Origin: a virus
Length of the DNA stretch: 64,000 nucleotides
Reading direction: 5' to 3' (one strand)
IMG/VR virus record: IMGVR_UViG_3300045988_104520
Made by a program: the position numbers and the translations under genes
Shown: piece by piece, positions 1 to 8,525 of the stretch
How positions within the stretch are numbered: the stretch's first letter is position 1
Layout: each line of letters opens with the position of its first letter
Notes under the pieces: model-generated
Told to the model about the DNA's origin: nothing
Seen by the model: only the letters and a program-made list of their open reading frames with translations
The model's database searches: none

Positions 1-180
1 CAAAATAGGGCAATCTCTTCCCACCAAAATTAAGACTTACAGCGTTTTAAAACAGCATAATGTAGTTTCTTCCCACCAAATAGGGCAATCTCTTCCCCCA
101 AAATTAAGACTTACAGCGTTTTAAAATAGTTTCTTCCCCCAAAATTCAATAGATCAGAGCTTTAAAACAGCATAATGTAG
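1..180. repeat. Iterated direct repeats: two ~73-75-bp units, a 15-nt iteron (A/T)TCTTCCC(A)CC(A)AAAT x4, and CAGCATAATGTAG x2
   Basis: Read directly. AAATAGGGCAATCTCTTCCC..AAAATTAAGACTTACAGCGTTTTAAAA occurs at 4-53 and again at 79-126. CAGCATAATGTAG occurs at 54-66 and 168-180. Iteron copies lie near 15-31, 66-80, 90-105 and 130-146. Confidence 0.8.
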
Positions 181-284
181 GTAAGAGTTAAGGACTGCAT
201 TATGTGAGTATTTTTTTCAATCGGAATGTATAACAATTAAAACATAAACAACATGAACGTATATGACTTTGCGCCTGACTTAGA

Positions 285-475
285 TTTGAGTAAGGAGGGA
301 GAAGGTTCTATTTTTGGAGTGAAAGGAATAGAAGGTAGTGAATGGTATAGTATATGCTAAGGTAGTTAGCTGTGCAGAAGTTAAGGATTACAGTTGTGAT
401 AGGTGTATTTTTTATGATTGTTATAAGGATAAATGTTTGTTATTGCGTAGTGATAGTTGTATAGATAGGGACTGG
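285..475 (+). other. C-depleted (almost G/A/T-only) stretch with recurring AAGG(T)A and GTGATAG short motifs; candidate origin or regulatory region
   Basis: The plus strand has only a handful of C in ~190 nt. AAGGTAGT, AAGGATTA, AAGGATAA, GTGATAGG, GTAGTGATAG and GTATAGATAG were read directly. Confidence 0.45.
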
Positions 476-854
476 TGTTGAGGCTGCCATAGAGGGGGAG
501 TAGGCGGCGCCTTGGGCTAAGGCCTGCGGTTGTAGGTGGAACATAGGTCGGAGCAGAGCCAGGACAGTTTATTGTGGAACGTAAAAAGAAAAAAGATGGA
601 AAGGACAATACATTATATTTGGATAAATTGGGTATCTTCTACAGGTTCGGAAAGTAGTAGGCTAATAAGCAACAGGTCTATGCCGGTATCAGATGCCAAA
701 GAGATGATATTAAGAACGAGTGCTAAAGAATTGCTTAAATACAGAGACCGAGTTGGTTAAAGGACTGTGTTCGTATTAGTGTAAGTGTACAGGATATTAC
801 GACCGGAGAGATCCTGTATAGAAGAACTATAAACATAAAGAAGAAGGAGATAGC

Positions 855-935
855 GATATGAAAAAGGCATTTAAGATATTTTCTATTATGTTTGTCATAG
901 AAATAGTGCTGATAGCTATTTTAGATGCTATGGCG
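855..935 (+). CDS. Possible 26-aa hydrophobic micropeptide (MKKAFKIFSIMFVIEIVLIAILDAMA)
   Basis: ATG preceded by AAGGAGATAGCGAT; in-frame TAA; below the ORF-track size cutoff. Speculative. Confidence 0.25.
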
Positions 936-969
936 TAAGTGAGAAAAATTTCTTCATTAATTTTCTTAT

Positions 970-1085
970 GCCTTAAACAGAGTGCTCCCGTCTGCGAAGA
1001 TCGGAACACTTGCTTTATGGGATTCATGGTGCGGTAGGTCGGTTCGATTCCGGCGATCTCACACAACATTAAAAACAAAGGAGGA
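970..1085 (+). other. Structured leader element A: imperfect hairpin around a TCTGCGAAGA mini-loop, then a T-arm-like GTCGG-TTCGATT-CCGGC, then a conserved block ending ~7 nt before the ATG at 1092
   Basis: A ~40-nt block GGTTCGATTC(C/T)GG(C/G)(G/C)ATCTCACA(C/A)AACA(T)TAAAA(A)CAAA is shared with element B. No acceptor-stem pairing was found, so it is not called as a tRNA. Confidence 0.35.
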
Positions 1086-1091
1086 AAGAAA

Positions 1092-1433
1092 ATGAAAGAT
1101 GGCATTAAATTGCATCCAGAACACGGATTGAATCCGTCTATAGAAGTCTGCATGATATGTGGCGAAGAGATGGGGATTGCTTTATTAGGGAATAACATCA
1201 AGGGGCAGGCGCCGCATCATATATGCACGGGCGAAGTATGTGACAATTGCAAAAAGATAATAGATGATGGAGGTTGTTTTATTATCGAAGTCGAGGATGG
1301 ATCAGATCAAAAGAATCCGTATCGTACAGGAAGATATTGTGCGATAAAGAAAGAGGCGGCAAAGAAAATGTTTGGACAGGAGCATAATATTGTGTACATG
1401 GAAAAGTCTGCGTACAATCTAATAATACCATAA
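1092..1433 (+). CDS. Hypothetical Zn-ribbon protein (CxxC ... CxxC)
   Basis: Intact ORF with AGGAGG-like spacer. Cys pairs CMICGEEM and CDNCKK. Confidence 0.6.
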   Translation: MKDGIKLHPEHGLNPSIEVCMICGEEMGIALLGNNIKGQAPHHICTGEVCDNCKKIIDDGGCFIIEVEDGSDQKNPYRTGRYCAIKKEAAKKMFGQEHNIVYMEKSAYNLIIP

Positions 1434-1481
1434 AAATGAAGAGAGATATGTTTACAAAACATATGGAAAAAGGTATATGAG

Positions 1482-1748
1482 ATGATTGATAGGCAAGAGG
1501 ATGGGGAATACATATGTGTTGCGTTAAGAAATGTAGTGTTTATGTATTTCAAAAAACATAAAAATATCTATGGGTTTCGTTCAGACGAAATGGTGAGAAT
1601 ATATTTCCCGGAATTGGAGGAGAAGATAAGTATGGCCACAGAACCAGAGGAAACAAGAACGTTTTATGGGTGGTTTGGTTGTATTAGTCCAGAAACGAAG
1701 GAGGTAAGGCTGAATATTGTGAAAGATATTATAAAAGAATTAGAATAG
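1482..1748 (+). CDS. Hypothetical protein
   Basis: ORF tiling in the dense plus-strand block. Confidence 0.5.
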   Translation: MIDRQEDGEYICVALRNVVFMYFKKHKNIYGFRSDEMVRIYFPELEEKISMATEPEETRTFYGWFGCISPETKEVRLNIVKDIIKELE

Positions 1749-1794
1749 TATTTTTGTTAATCTATTTTATTCATCAAATTAAGTTTTGGGTTTT

Positions 1795-1920
1795 GGCATG
1801 TCGGTTCGTGAGGATAGGCATGCCTATTTCTGTATCATAGAGGGGATGACGCGGCGTGCCGGTATGTATGTGTCGGTTCTGGTTCGATTCTGGGCATCTC
1901 ACAAACAATAAAACAAAAGA
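1795..1920 (+). other. Structured leader element B: GTCGGTTCG x2, a 14-bp perfect palindrome ATAGGCATGCCTAT (1814-1827), a T-arm-like GGTTCGATTC, and the conserved block ending before the ATG at 1924
   Basis: Shares the ~40-nt block with element A (1881-1920 vs 1041-1085). Palindrome read directly. Confidence 0.35.
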
Positions 1921-1923
1921 GTT

Positions 1924-2154
1924 ATGAGAATATACAAGAATGATATTATAAAGGCGTCAGCGATAAGCACCGGCGCAGACAGAGGTGTGTTACTGTGTTC
2001 AATAATAGATTCGGGATTCACGTCTATAGCGGGAGTAATATCGGCTGTTAAGGATAAGTTACCAGGCAAAGATCATAAGAAGATGATTTTTGAAATACGG
2101 AATGATGGAAGAAACGAATATGGTAGATATAATAATTGCGGAGGAAAAATATGA
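1924..2154 (+). CDS. Hypothetical protein
   Basis: ORF immediately downstream of conserved element B. Confidence 0.45.
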   Translation: MRIYKNDIIKASAISTGADRGVLLCSIIDSGFTSIAGVISAVKDKLPGKDHKKMIFEIRNDGRNEYGRYNNCGGKI

Positions 2155-2363
2155 AATACAGAGGTCTGTTGCTCCCTATGATATTAGCTGCAATGTGCGG
2201 AGATGATGCCTTTGTGCTAAATACTAAAAGGGGAAAAGGAATGCAATCTACATATAGAAGAGAAAAGATTGTCAGAACAGAAAAAGAATTTGATATTAAT
2301 GGTACTAAAGTAATGGCATACTCAAGAAAGGATGCTATTAAAAGATTAAAACATAAGAAGTAG
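2136..2363 (+). CDS. Hypothetical protein
   Basis: Overlapping ORF tiling. Confidence 0.4.
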   Translation: MRRKNMKYRGLLLPMILAAMCGDDAFVLNTKRGKGMQSTYRREKIVRTEKEFDINGTKVMAYSRKDAIKRLKHKK

Positions 2364-2472
2364 AAAACGTATTTTTATGTTAATGTTAGTTTTTTCATTT
2401 TTATTGAAAGGAGCGCCGGCCTGTGAAGGTATGCGCTCTTTGTATTTATATAATGCATAAAACAATAATAAG

Positions 2473-2727
2473 ATGACAGATAATAACATAGATGTGAATA
2501 TCGTACCTGTAAAGAATGGTGCGAAACGTGTTGTGGTATCATATTACCATTATTCACGCAAGGACAAAAATCACATGAGTTCCCAAACGGATTACGTTTG
2601 GGAAACAAAGAATGAAGAAATGTTTAAATACTTTGAGGCCAGGAGGACAAAAGTATTTTATAGTCAGATTCGTGCCATGTGTAGATTCTATGGCAAGAAA
2701 AATGTACGTAAATACAAAAAGTTATGA
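2473..2727 (+). CDS. Hypothetical protein
   Basis: ORF; 4-nt stop/start overlap with the next gene. Confidence 0.5.
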   Translation: MTDNNIDVNIVPVKNGAKRVVVSYYHYSRKDKNHMSSQTDYVWETKNEEMFKYFEARRTKVFYSQIRAMCRFYGKKNVRKYKKL

Positions 2728-3533
2728 TATTAAAAACGACAACCAACGAGTTTTGTTTTATTAACGTAAGTTTCTATGAAACAATAGCAGATCCTCGATA
2801 TTTCTTTGAACAAGATTATGAAGAGATGCCGGAATATGAGGAGGAATTAGATTTTGATTTTGATTCTTATTGCAATAAGTTTATTCCTTTTGCACAGGAA
2901 TGGGCGGATAAGGTGGGCGAACGCCTTTATGAATATGGTGTGAATAACATAAAGGTAATATCGGTAGGACATCCAAAAGAGTACAATTATGGTACTGATT
3001 GGATGGATGTAAGGATAGAGTTTTGTGATGAATGGAGGCAAAAGATGTTATCTAACATTGGTAAGATTGTTAATGATGATAAATGCAAGAAGTATGCGGA
3101 GGCTAATTATCGGTCGGTACCAGGATACATCTTTTTAGGGCCTGAAGATTTAAAGGAATTTGAAAAGAGAATAATAGAAAGAAAGTCGGATTATGGATAT
3201 GATGTAACAATATTATTAAATATGTATCTAACTTTGGCTTTTGTAAAAGAATTTGGATTTAAGGCCGGAGAAGCGTGGAGTGAAATAACAGAATATGCTT
3301 ACGGATGTTTGTCGTATTCCAATTTTGCAACAACAGAGATGCTTATACCAGAAGGTTCGGAGCATTTATTCAAAGACATTTACACGGCAAAGGCCGACGA
3401 ATTATATCATCATGTCCTGGATAAATTCGGATGGGCGTGGCGTGATCCGAAATATAAGTCAGAAACAGAATTATGCGCAATGTTAAAATGGGCAAAAGAA
3501 AAAGGCTTGACCATTGAAGAGTTAAGTATTTAA
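2724..3533 (+). CDS. Hypothetical protein (269 aa)
   Basis: Long intact ORF; ATGA overlap with the upstream gene. Confidence 0.6.
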   Translation: MILKTTTNEFCFINVSFYETIADPRYFFEQDYEEMPEYEEELDFDFDSYCNKFIPFAQEWADKVGERLYEYGVNNIKVISVGHPKEYNYGTDWMDVRIEFCDEWRQKMLSNIGKIVNDDKCKKYAEANYRSVPGYIFLGPEDLKEFEKRIIERKSDYGYDVTILLNMYLTLAFVKEFGFKAGEAWSEITEYAYGCLSYSNFATTEMLIPEGSEHLFKDIYTAKADELYHHVLDKFGWAWRDPKYKSETELCAMLKWAKEKGLTIEELSI

Positions 3534-3560
3534 TTGTTAAACATAAGGCAGTAGTGGTGC

Positions 3561-3845
3561 GTGAGTATAGGTGCTGCCGTTAAAATATTTTATAAGATGA
3601 AAAAAGAAGAGATTCAAACTATTTTATACACAATCAAAGAAGGAGACAGTATTAAGATCAAAGTACAAGACAAAAGTGAAGAGATAAGACTGCGGGATCA
3701 TGTAAGAAGAACGCAGAAATACGGATACAGATTTTGTTTGTCTCATTTGCATGATGGAATTTTCTACTTGGAGAAGTTGGAAGAAGGGGATAAGGATAAA
3801 TACTATAGAGTAATAAACAGAGGAAATGGAAAGACCGGAGTATAA
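3561..3845 (+). CDS. Hypothetical protein (GTG start)
   Basis: ORF tiling. Confidence 0.45.
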   Translation: MSIGAAVKIFYKMKKEEIQTILYTIKEGDSIKIKVQDKSEEIRLRDHVRRTQKYGYRFCLSHLHDGIFYLEKLEEGDKDKYYRVINRGNGKTGV

Positions 3846-4119
3846 TAAGTTACGCAAAATGGCTAAGACTACTCCAGGTCTGATAGTGGACGAGGCGCAA
3901 AACATGATGCGTGTATCGCTATACGATAATGGGGAACTTAAGAAGGTGGTAGTAGTAATGAAATGCGATTCTTTTTTACAGTCAAAAAGTAACATAGAAA
4001 AGATAATGTTATTATCATCTTCTATAGAAGATAGAAAAAACAAAGAAAAAAATAAAACAAAATCAGAAAATGAACAGAATAACAAAAATAAGAGAAGAAA
4101 TAGGAGGAAAACAGGTTGA
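3826..4119 (+). CDS. Hypothetical protein with Lys/Asn/Arg-rich basic tail
   Basis: ORF; C-terminus KNKEKNKTKSENEQNNKNKRRNRRK. Confidence 0.45.
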   Translation: MERPEYNKLRKMAKTTPGLIVDEAQNMMRVSLYDNGELKKVVVVMKCDSFLQSKSNIEKIMLLSSSIEDRKNKEKNKTKSENEQNNKNKRRNRRKTG

Positions 4120-4453
4120 TTTGACCTTTTACGGGCGCTTTTGCAGCCTTATCGAAGGTGATAGAAAGATAATACTAAGGGCGATAAAAAACGGTCGTAA
4201 AAAAGGCGTAATCGGAGCCATTCAGCCTGGAAGACATGATAGAATTTGGACCACATGGTCTATTGCTTTTGATGATCTGGAGGTAGGGGATACGGTAGAG
4301 TTCACTACATCTGGAAAATACAATCCCGGATTTCATACTACGGAAACGTATGTAGGGTGTGTAGAATGGATAAAAGGATCGGAATGTGCGATAAAAACCG
4401 GTAAGGGAATAGCAGTAGTATTAATTAAACACGTAGAAAGGGTAGTAAAATGA
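4070..4453 (+). CDS. Hypothetical protein
   Basis: ORF tiling. Confidence 0.5.
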   Translation: MNRITKIREEIGGKQVDLTFYGRFCSLIEGDRKIILRAIKNGRKKGVIGAIQPGRHDRIWTTWSIAFDDLEVGDTVEFTTSGKYNPGFHTTETYVGCVEWIKGSECAIKTGKGIAVVLIKHVERVVK

Positions 4454-4734
4454 TGGGGTTGAGAGAATTTGTAGAACTTTTTGACAAGAATGAAGTAAAG
4501 AATTTGTTTAATGCATTGTCTTCATGTATAGAATACGTAAGGATAGATTTGCATGTATTTAATATAGGTGCTCATGTTGCGTGTCTGTACAGTAATGATC
4601 CTGAATTGCTTTCACAGGCAGAAGGTTGTAATGTGAATATGATAATAGAGGTGCCCTACTTGTTTGAAGCATTTATGGAATACGCTTCACCGGAACTGAA
4701 AGCTTATTATGATGAACTAACAAAAGAAGTATGA
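4450..4734 (+). CDS. Hypothetical protein
   Basis: ATGA start/stop overlap with the upstream gene. Confidence 0.55.
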   Translation: MMGLREFVELFDKNEVKNLFNALSSCIEYVRIDLHVFNIGAHVACLYSNDPELLSQAEGCNVNMIIEVPYLFEAFMEYASPELKAYYDELTKEV

Positions 4735-5213
4735 AAGAGGAAGTAGAACGGATAAAGAAGTTGGTAGGCATAGATCATAACAGATGGGAGCAACCTTGTA
4801 CATGTGATAAATGCAAGAACATGTGTAAGGTCCCTTGTATTGGTACGCCAAAAGACATAGAAGCTATCATAGATGCAGGATATGCTGACAGGCTAAAAGA
4901 GACAATGTGGATGGTGGGGTATCTTGCAGTGAAAGAAAAACCAATAGCGATGATCCAGCCAACAGAAAAAGACGGGTGGTGCGCATTCCGCCAGCCGGAC
5001 GGTCTCTGCGAGCTGCATGACCGCGGACTAAAGCCGACTGAAGGAGTTCTGGCTTCTTGCAAGGTGGTTGAAGAAGACGATATTCCAACATACGAGACAT
5101 CCGTACTTAGAGCGGTAGCCCACGAGTGGGTTAAGGTAGAGAACTTCGCAACTATAATGAGGGTCGTTTTTAAATACTTGCATTACAATGAACGTAGAGA
5201 ACAAGATAAATAA
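4731..5213 (+). CDS. Hypothetical Cys-rich protein
   Basis: CTCDKCKNMCKVPC cluster; ATGA overlap. Confidence 0.55.
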   Translation: MKEEVERIKKLVGIDHNRWEQPCTCDKCKNMCKVPCIGTPKDIEAIIDAGYADRLKETMWMVGYLAVKEKPIAMIQPTEKDGWCAFRQPDGLCELHDRGLKPTEGVLASCKVVEEDDIPTYETSVLRAVAHEWVKVENFATIMRVVFKYLHYNERREQDK

Positions 5214-5592
5214 GATAGCTAAGATCTTAAAAGAAAAAGGATTTATTGTGTATAAGAAAGGCGGAAAGGAACCAGGTGTGTTTTACGCCAAAGAAGGTGA
5301 CAGCCGGATAGGATTCGTTTATCCCAACAACGGATATATATACGACAGGATAAAGATGTGGTCTTTTTCAAGGATATATAAACCACATAAGAAAACCGGA
5401 TCTTCGTGTTTAATGTGTGTCAGCGACGAATTTACTATAGAAAATGCGATTAAGAACATAGGGGATAGACTGTGGGTAAATTATATAAAAGATGGTAACA
5501 GAAAACGACCAGAAGAATATAAAAATATAAGAGAATTTGTTGGTAGCTTCACTAAATTCTACAACTCTGTAGAATTAGTTGAGGTTAAGTAG
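5188..5592 (+). CDS. Hypothetical protein
   Basis: ORF; followed by a strong terminator. Confidence 0.55.
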   Translation: MNVENKINKIAKILKEKGFIVYKKGGKEPGVFYAKEGDSRIGFVYPNNGYIYDRIKMWSFSRIYKPHKKTGSSCLMCVSDEFTIENAIKNIGDRLWVNYIKDGNRKRPEEYKNIREFVGSFTKFYNSVELVEVK

Positions 5593-5613
5593 TTTTCCAT
5601 GTAAGTTAGTTAC

Positions 5614-5649
5614 CGGCACTGGTCTGCGAAGATAGGTGCCGTTTTTTTT
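5614..5649 (+). terminator. Rho-independent terminator (6-bp GC stem CGGCAC/GTGCCG, structured 16-nt loop containing TCTGCGAAGA, T8 tail)
   Basis: Read directly: CGGCAC TGGTCTGCGAAGATAG GTGCCG TTTTTTTT. Confidence 0.8.
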
Positions 5650-5670
5650 ATTCAAGAAAGGAGGACAAAG

Positions 5671-5922
5671 ATGGAGAAAAGAGACAAGAAGATACCTTAT
5701 GAGGTAGTCATACAGGAAAGAAAAAGGGTGGATTTATACGGTAACATAGTGTATTATATCCATTGGTTTGATAAATATGGGTACAATATCACAAAAGAAT
5801 GGAAATTTTGGAGCAAGGGCCCGAAAAAGAAATACGATAGAGTTAATCGTTATCTAACGGATAGTTGGCTGAAGGAATACTGTGGGAATAACAATTTAAA
5901 GATAAGTAGAATAAAGGAATGA
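5671..5922 (+). CDS. Hypothetical protein
   Basis: AGGAGG-like GAAAGGAGG upstream; ORF. Confidence 0.55.
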   Translation: MEKRDKKIPYEVVIQERKRVDLYGNIVYYIHWFDKYGYNITKEWKFWSKGPKKKYDRVNRYLTDSWLKEYCGNNNLKISRIKE

Positions 5923-6440
5923 AAACGATAAAAGTAGACAAAGTGATATTATATTACATGGATCGGGTAGACCCTGACGGGAACTTATACCGGTTCTATG
6001 TGTATAAAGGAATGGCATCTGAAATAGAATACTTTTGCACTGAAGAGGCAGGTAATATGACCATACCAATCGGAGAAGGAGAGTATGTCAAGATCGTACC
6101 AAAAGAAATAGAGAAAATACCGGTAAGGGGATATAGGAAGCTTGCTGGAATATGGAATTGTGAAACATGTAACGGGAAGGGATGGCATAGGCTTTTTAAT
6201 TATTTCAAATACAAGCCAGACATATGTTATATTAAAAACATAGGGCGTGATAAAAATGGAAACACAAGATATGAAGTATCATTATTTAATGCCACTATGA
6301 ATGTGACAAGGTATTTTAATCTGTGGAGAATGAAGCCAGGGATGCATGCTATGATAACAAACGAGTACGGAGTCTTGGATATTATAAAAGAAAAATTCGA
6401 TAACATAAATATAGTGGAATATAGTGGAATATGGATATAA
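5919..6440 (+). CDS. Hypothetical protein
   Basis: ATGA overlap; intact ORF. Confidence 0.55.
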   Translation: MKTIKVDKVILYYMDRVDPDGNLYRFYVYKGMASEIEYFCTEEAGNMTIPIGEGEYVKIVPKEIEKIPVRGYRKLAGIWNCETCNGKGWHRLFNYFKYKPDICYIKNIGRDKNGNTRYEVSLFNATMNVTRYFNLWRMKPGMHAMITNEYGVLDIIKEKFDNINIVEYSGIWI

Positions 6441-6628
6441 ATAAAAAGAGTAGAAAAGATTATGAGAAGTTTCTTAACTCAATATCTCCAGATAGAGACG
6501 ATGAGGCATGGATCATTGGAGGAAAGAACAGGTATTGCGGTAGAGAGAATTATGGCACTATGATCAAAAGGTATGATCCTATTGGTTTTAATGTAGGATA
6601 CAGGGAGTGGGTAGAACAGCCAGAGTAA
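6431..6628 (+). CDS. Hypothetical protein
   Basis: ORF tiling. Confidence 0.45.
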   Translation: MDINKKSRKDYEKFLNSISPDRDDEAWIIGGKNRYCGRENYGTMIKRYDPIGFNVGYREWVEQPE

Positions 6629-6873
6629 GGCGGCGCCCGTCCTGCCATGAGGCCAGCCTGGCTGTTCGTGGCCAGGGCCATACATTAATCAGATAGTGAA
6701 CGGCGAAAACAATACATAAAATGGGAAACGAATTAAAACTTAACAGCGCAGAAGAAGCAGAAGTAATTTTAAGAAATGGTGGCTGATTATAAAGGTCGCA
6801 TATATGAATATTACGAGTTCAAGAGAGAGGTCATTGATAAGATAAGATAATTATATACCTAAAATAATAGTTT

Positions 6874-7188
6874 ATGGCATTCAAAGAATTTATGAAAGAA
6901 GTGGGCTATAACCTACTGACTACCTTTTGGGAAGATTTTAGTATAGCCGACAAGTATGGTATAGTAAGTGTCAAAGATACCTACAGACGTGCGTTTAGCG
7001 AATGGAAAGACGATTATAAGTTCTTCACGGAATTAACGCTCGTATTGAATCATAAAATCTGGCAGCATTATGAAAGCAATCGTGAACTGGCTGCATTGTA
7101 TGACCGGTTGTGGCGAGAAGCTGACGAGTATGCCATGAGCAACTTTAAGGGAGAAGAACTTGATTATTATTACAGAATAACTGATTAG
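6874..7188 (+). CDS. Hypothetical protein
   Basis: ORF. Confidence 0.55.
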   Translation: MAFKEFMKEVGYNLLTTFWEDFSIADKYGIVSVKDTYRRAFSEWKDDYKFFTELTLVLNHKIWQHYESNRELAALYDRLWREADEYAMSNFKGEELDYYYRITD

Positions 7189-7379
7189 CTATGTTATACC
7201 CGTTTTCATTGACGCTTGACTTATATATACAAGCCGAATCGTTTGAAGAAGCCAAGAAATTAGCAGAAGCATACGTACAAGATGCTTCGTTAGATACAAC
7301 TGACTATCCGGAAATAGTACAGGATGTGTTGGAAGTGGCAGAGTATGGAATAATTGATGTAGAATAATAAATTAATATT

Positions 7380-7655
7380 ATGACAGCAGCAGAAAAATTG
7401 CGTATGGAAATAGCGCAAGAAGCACCATTTAGTAAGGACGAATTTATTAGTAAAATCTCTCGTCTAATTAAGGCGTATGGATATGCAAGTTTTATTTGCG
7501 ACAAGCATATTCGAGAAACCGATGTATCGCCTAACGGTAACACGATTCGTATGGTACATGAACAGATAGCAATTGATTTTGCTCGTTATGAGGGTTTCTT
7601 AGTATCATACAAACATAACAGTTATGGTGTTAGATATATAGTATTCACTCTTTGA
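7380..7655 (+). CDS. Hypothetical protein
   Basis: ORF; its stop overlaps the start of the 35-nt conserved repeat. Confidence 0.55.
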   Translation: MTAAEKLRMEIAQEAPFSKDEFISKISRLIKAYGYASFICDKHIRETDVSPNGNTIRMVHEQIAIDFARYEGFLVSYKHNSYGVRYIVFTL

Positions 7656-7685
7656 CATACTCCCATAGCTAAAGCAAACGGGATT
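7651..7685 (+). repeat. 35-nt conserved element TTTGACATACTCCCAT(A/C)GCTAAAGCAAA(C/T)GGGATT, copy 1
   Basis: 33/35 identical to 38763-38797, same orientation. Read directly. Confidence 0.75.
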
Positions 7686-7841
7686 AAAAGAATGTAGCAG
7701 GGAAGAGGCATTTGACATCATTCAAGGGTGGGATAAAGAGTTTGCAGAGGAATATGGGAATTGTGATTTTGATGGATCATACTATGATGAAATAGATGCA
7801 TTTATCGAAGAAAAATTAAGAACTATTTAAAATATAAAGAC

Positions 7842-8525
7842 ATGGAAGACGATCTTATTACAACAAAAGAAGTAGGCGATTATCGCATTAAAGTGTATTA
7901 TTGCCGTGATTCAGAATGTCCTATAACTAATTGGGGTTTGTTTGGGTCATTCTTTTTTGAATACTCAGATACACATCGATTACATGATGAATGCGATTGG
8001 AAAACTTTCTTCTACGATAACAAGCATGATCTTAGAGATGTTATTGATGCTATTGTAATGAAGCATATAGAACAGAAAGACATTGTAAAATATTTAAAGA
8101 AAGGGGAAGCGAATGGGATCTCATTCACATACAACAGAGGTGGCAATGTATGGGAGTTGAAACATAAGACAAGTCTATATATAGGTCAAGAGTTTTCACC
8201 AGGTGATTTGAAGGACTTTGATTGCAGAGGAGAATTAATAGAGGATCTGGATGATGAAGACCTGTTAGATATCATATCCAAATATGGAAAAGATGTGGTA
8301 GCTATAGAGTGGTCGACAAGGGGTTATAATCAAGGTGATTATATAAAAGGGATAGCATACGTTACAAAAGAAAAATATGATAATGAAGTCTGCAACAAAG
8401 AAGGAGACTGGAAAGAAGATTGTGCCAAGATTATAGATAATGAGGTAAAGTCCATAGGTATGTGGATGTGGGTCTATTCTGGTTGCATTCGGCGAAGAGA
8501 ATGCGGAAGCATTAAGATCTTCTAA
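7842..8525 (+). CDS. Hypothetical protein (227 aa)
   Basis: Intact ORF. Confidence 0.6.
   Translation: MEDDLITTKEVGDYRIKVYYCRDSECPITNWGLFGSFFFEYSDTHRLHDECDWKTFFYDNKHDLRDVIDAIVMKHIEQKDIVKYLKKGEANGISFTYNRGGNVWELKHKTSLYIGQEFSPGDLKDFDCRGELIEDLDDEDLLDIISKYGKDVVAIEWSTRGYNQGDYIKGIAYVTKEKYDNEVCNKEGDWKEDCAKIIDNEVKSIGMWMWVYSGCIRRRECGSIKIF

Noticed and set aside
1-180. CRISPR array
   Set aside because: The repeats are ~73-bp tandem units with internal 15-nt iterons of irregular spacing. There is no regular repeat-spacer periodicity and no cas genes.
381-760. ORFs 381-608 (minus) and 536-760 (plus) in the left-end region
   Set aside because: They lie in the C-depleted repeat-rich tract, give compositionally biased translations (Pro/Tyr/Asn runs) and lack ribosome-binding context. 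Likely non-coding.
1038-1062. Possible tRNA gene (perfect T-loop GGTTCGATTCC with 5-bp T-stem and 7-nt acceptor-like 3' strand); likewise at 1876-1900
   Set aside because: No complementary 5' acceptor strand, D-arm or anticodon arm could be built within 130 nt upstream in either copy. The same block is conserved as a leader running up to the downstream ATG. Kept as unresolved tRNA-like elements, not as tRNA genes.
7669-7830. Possible small ORF downstream of the 35-nt repeat copy 1
   Set aside because: The open frame (53 codons) has no ATG/GTG/TTG start and is interrupted upstream by the TAG inside the repeat.
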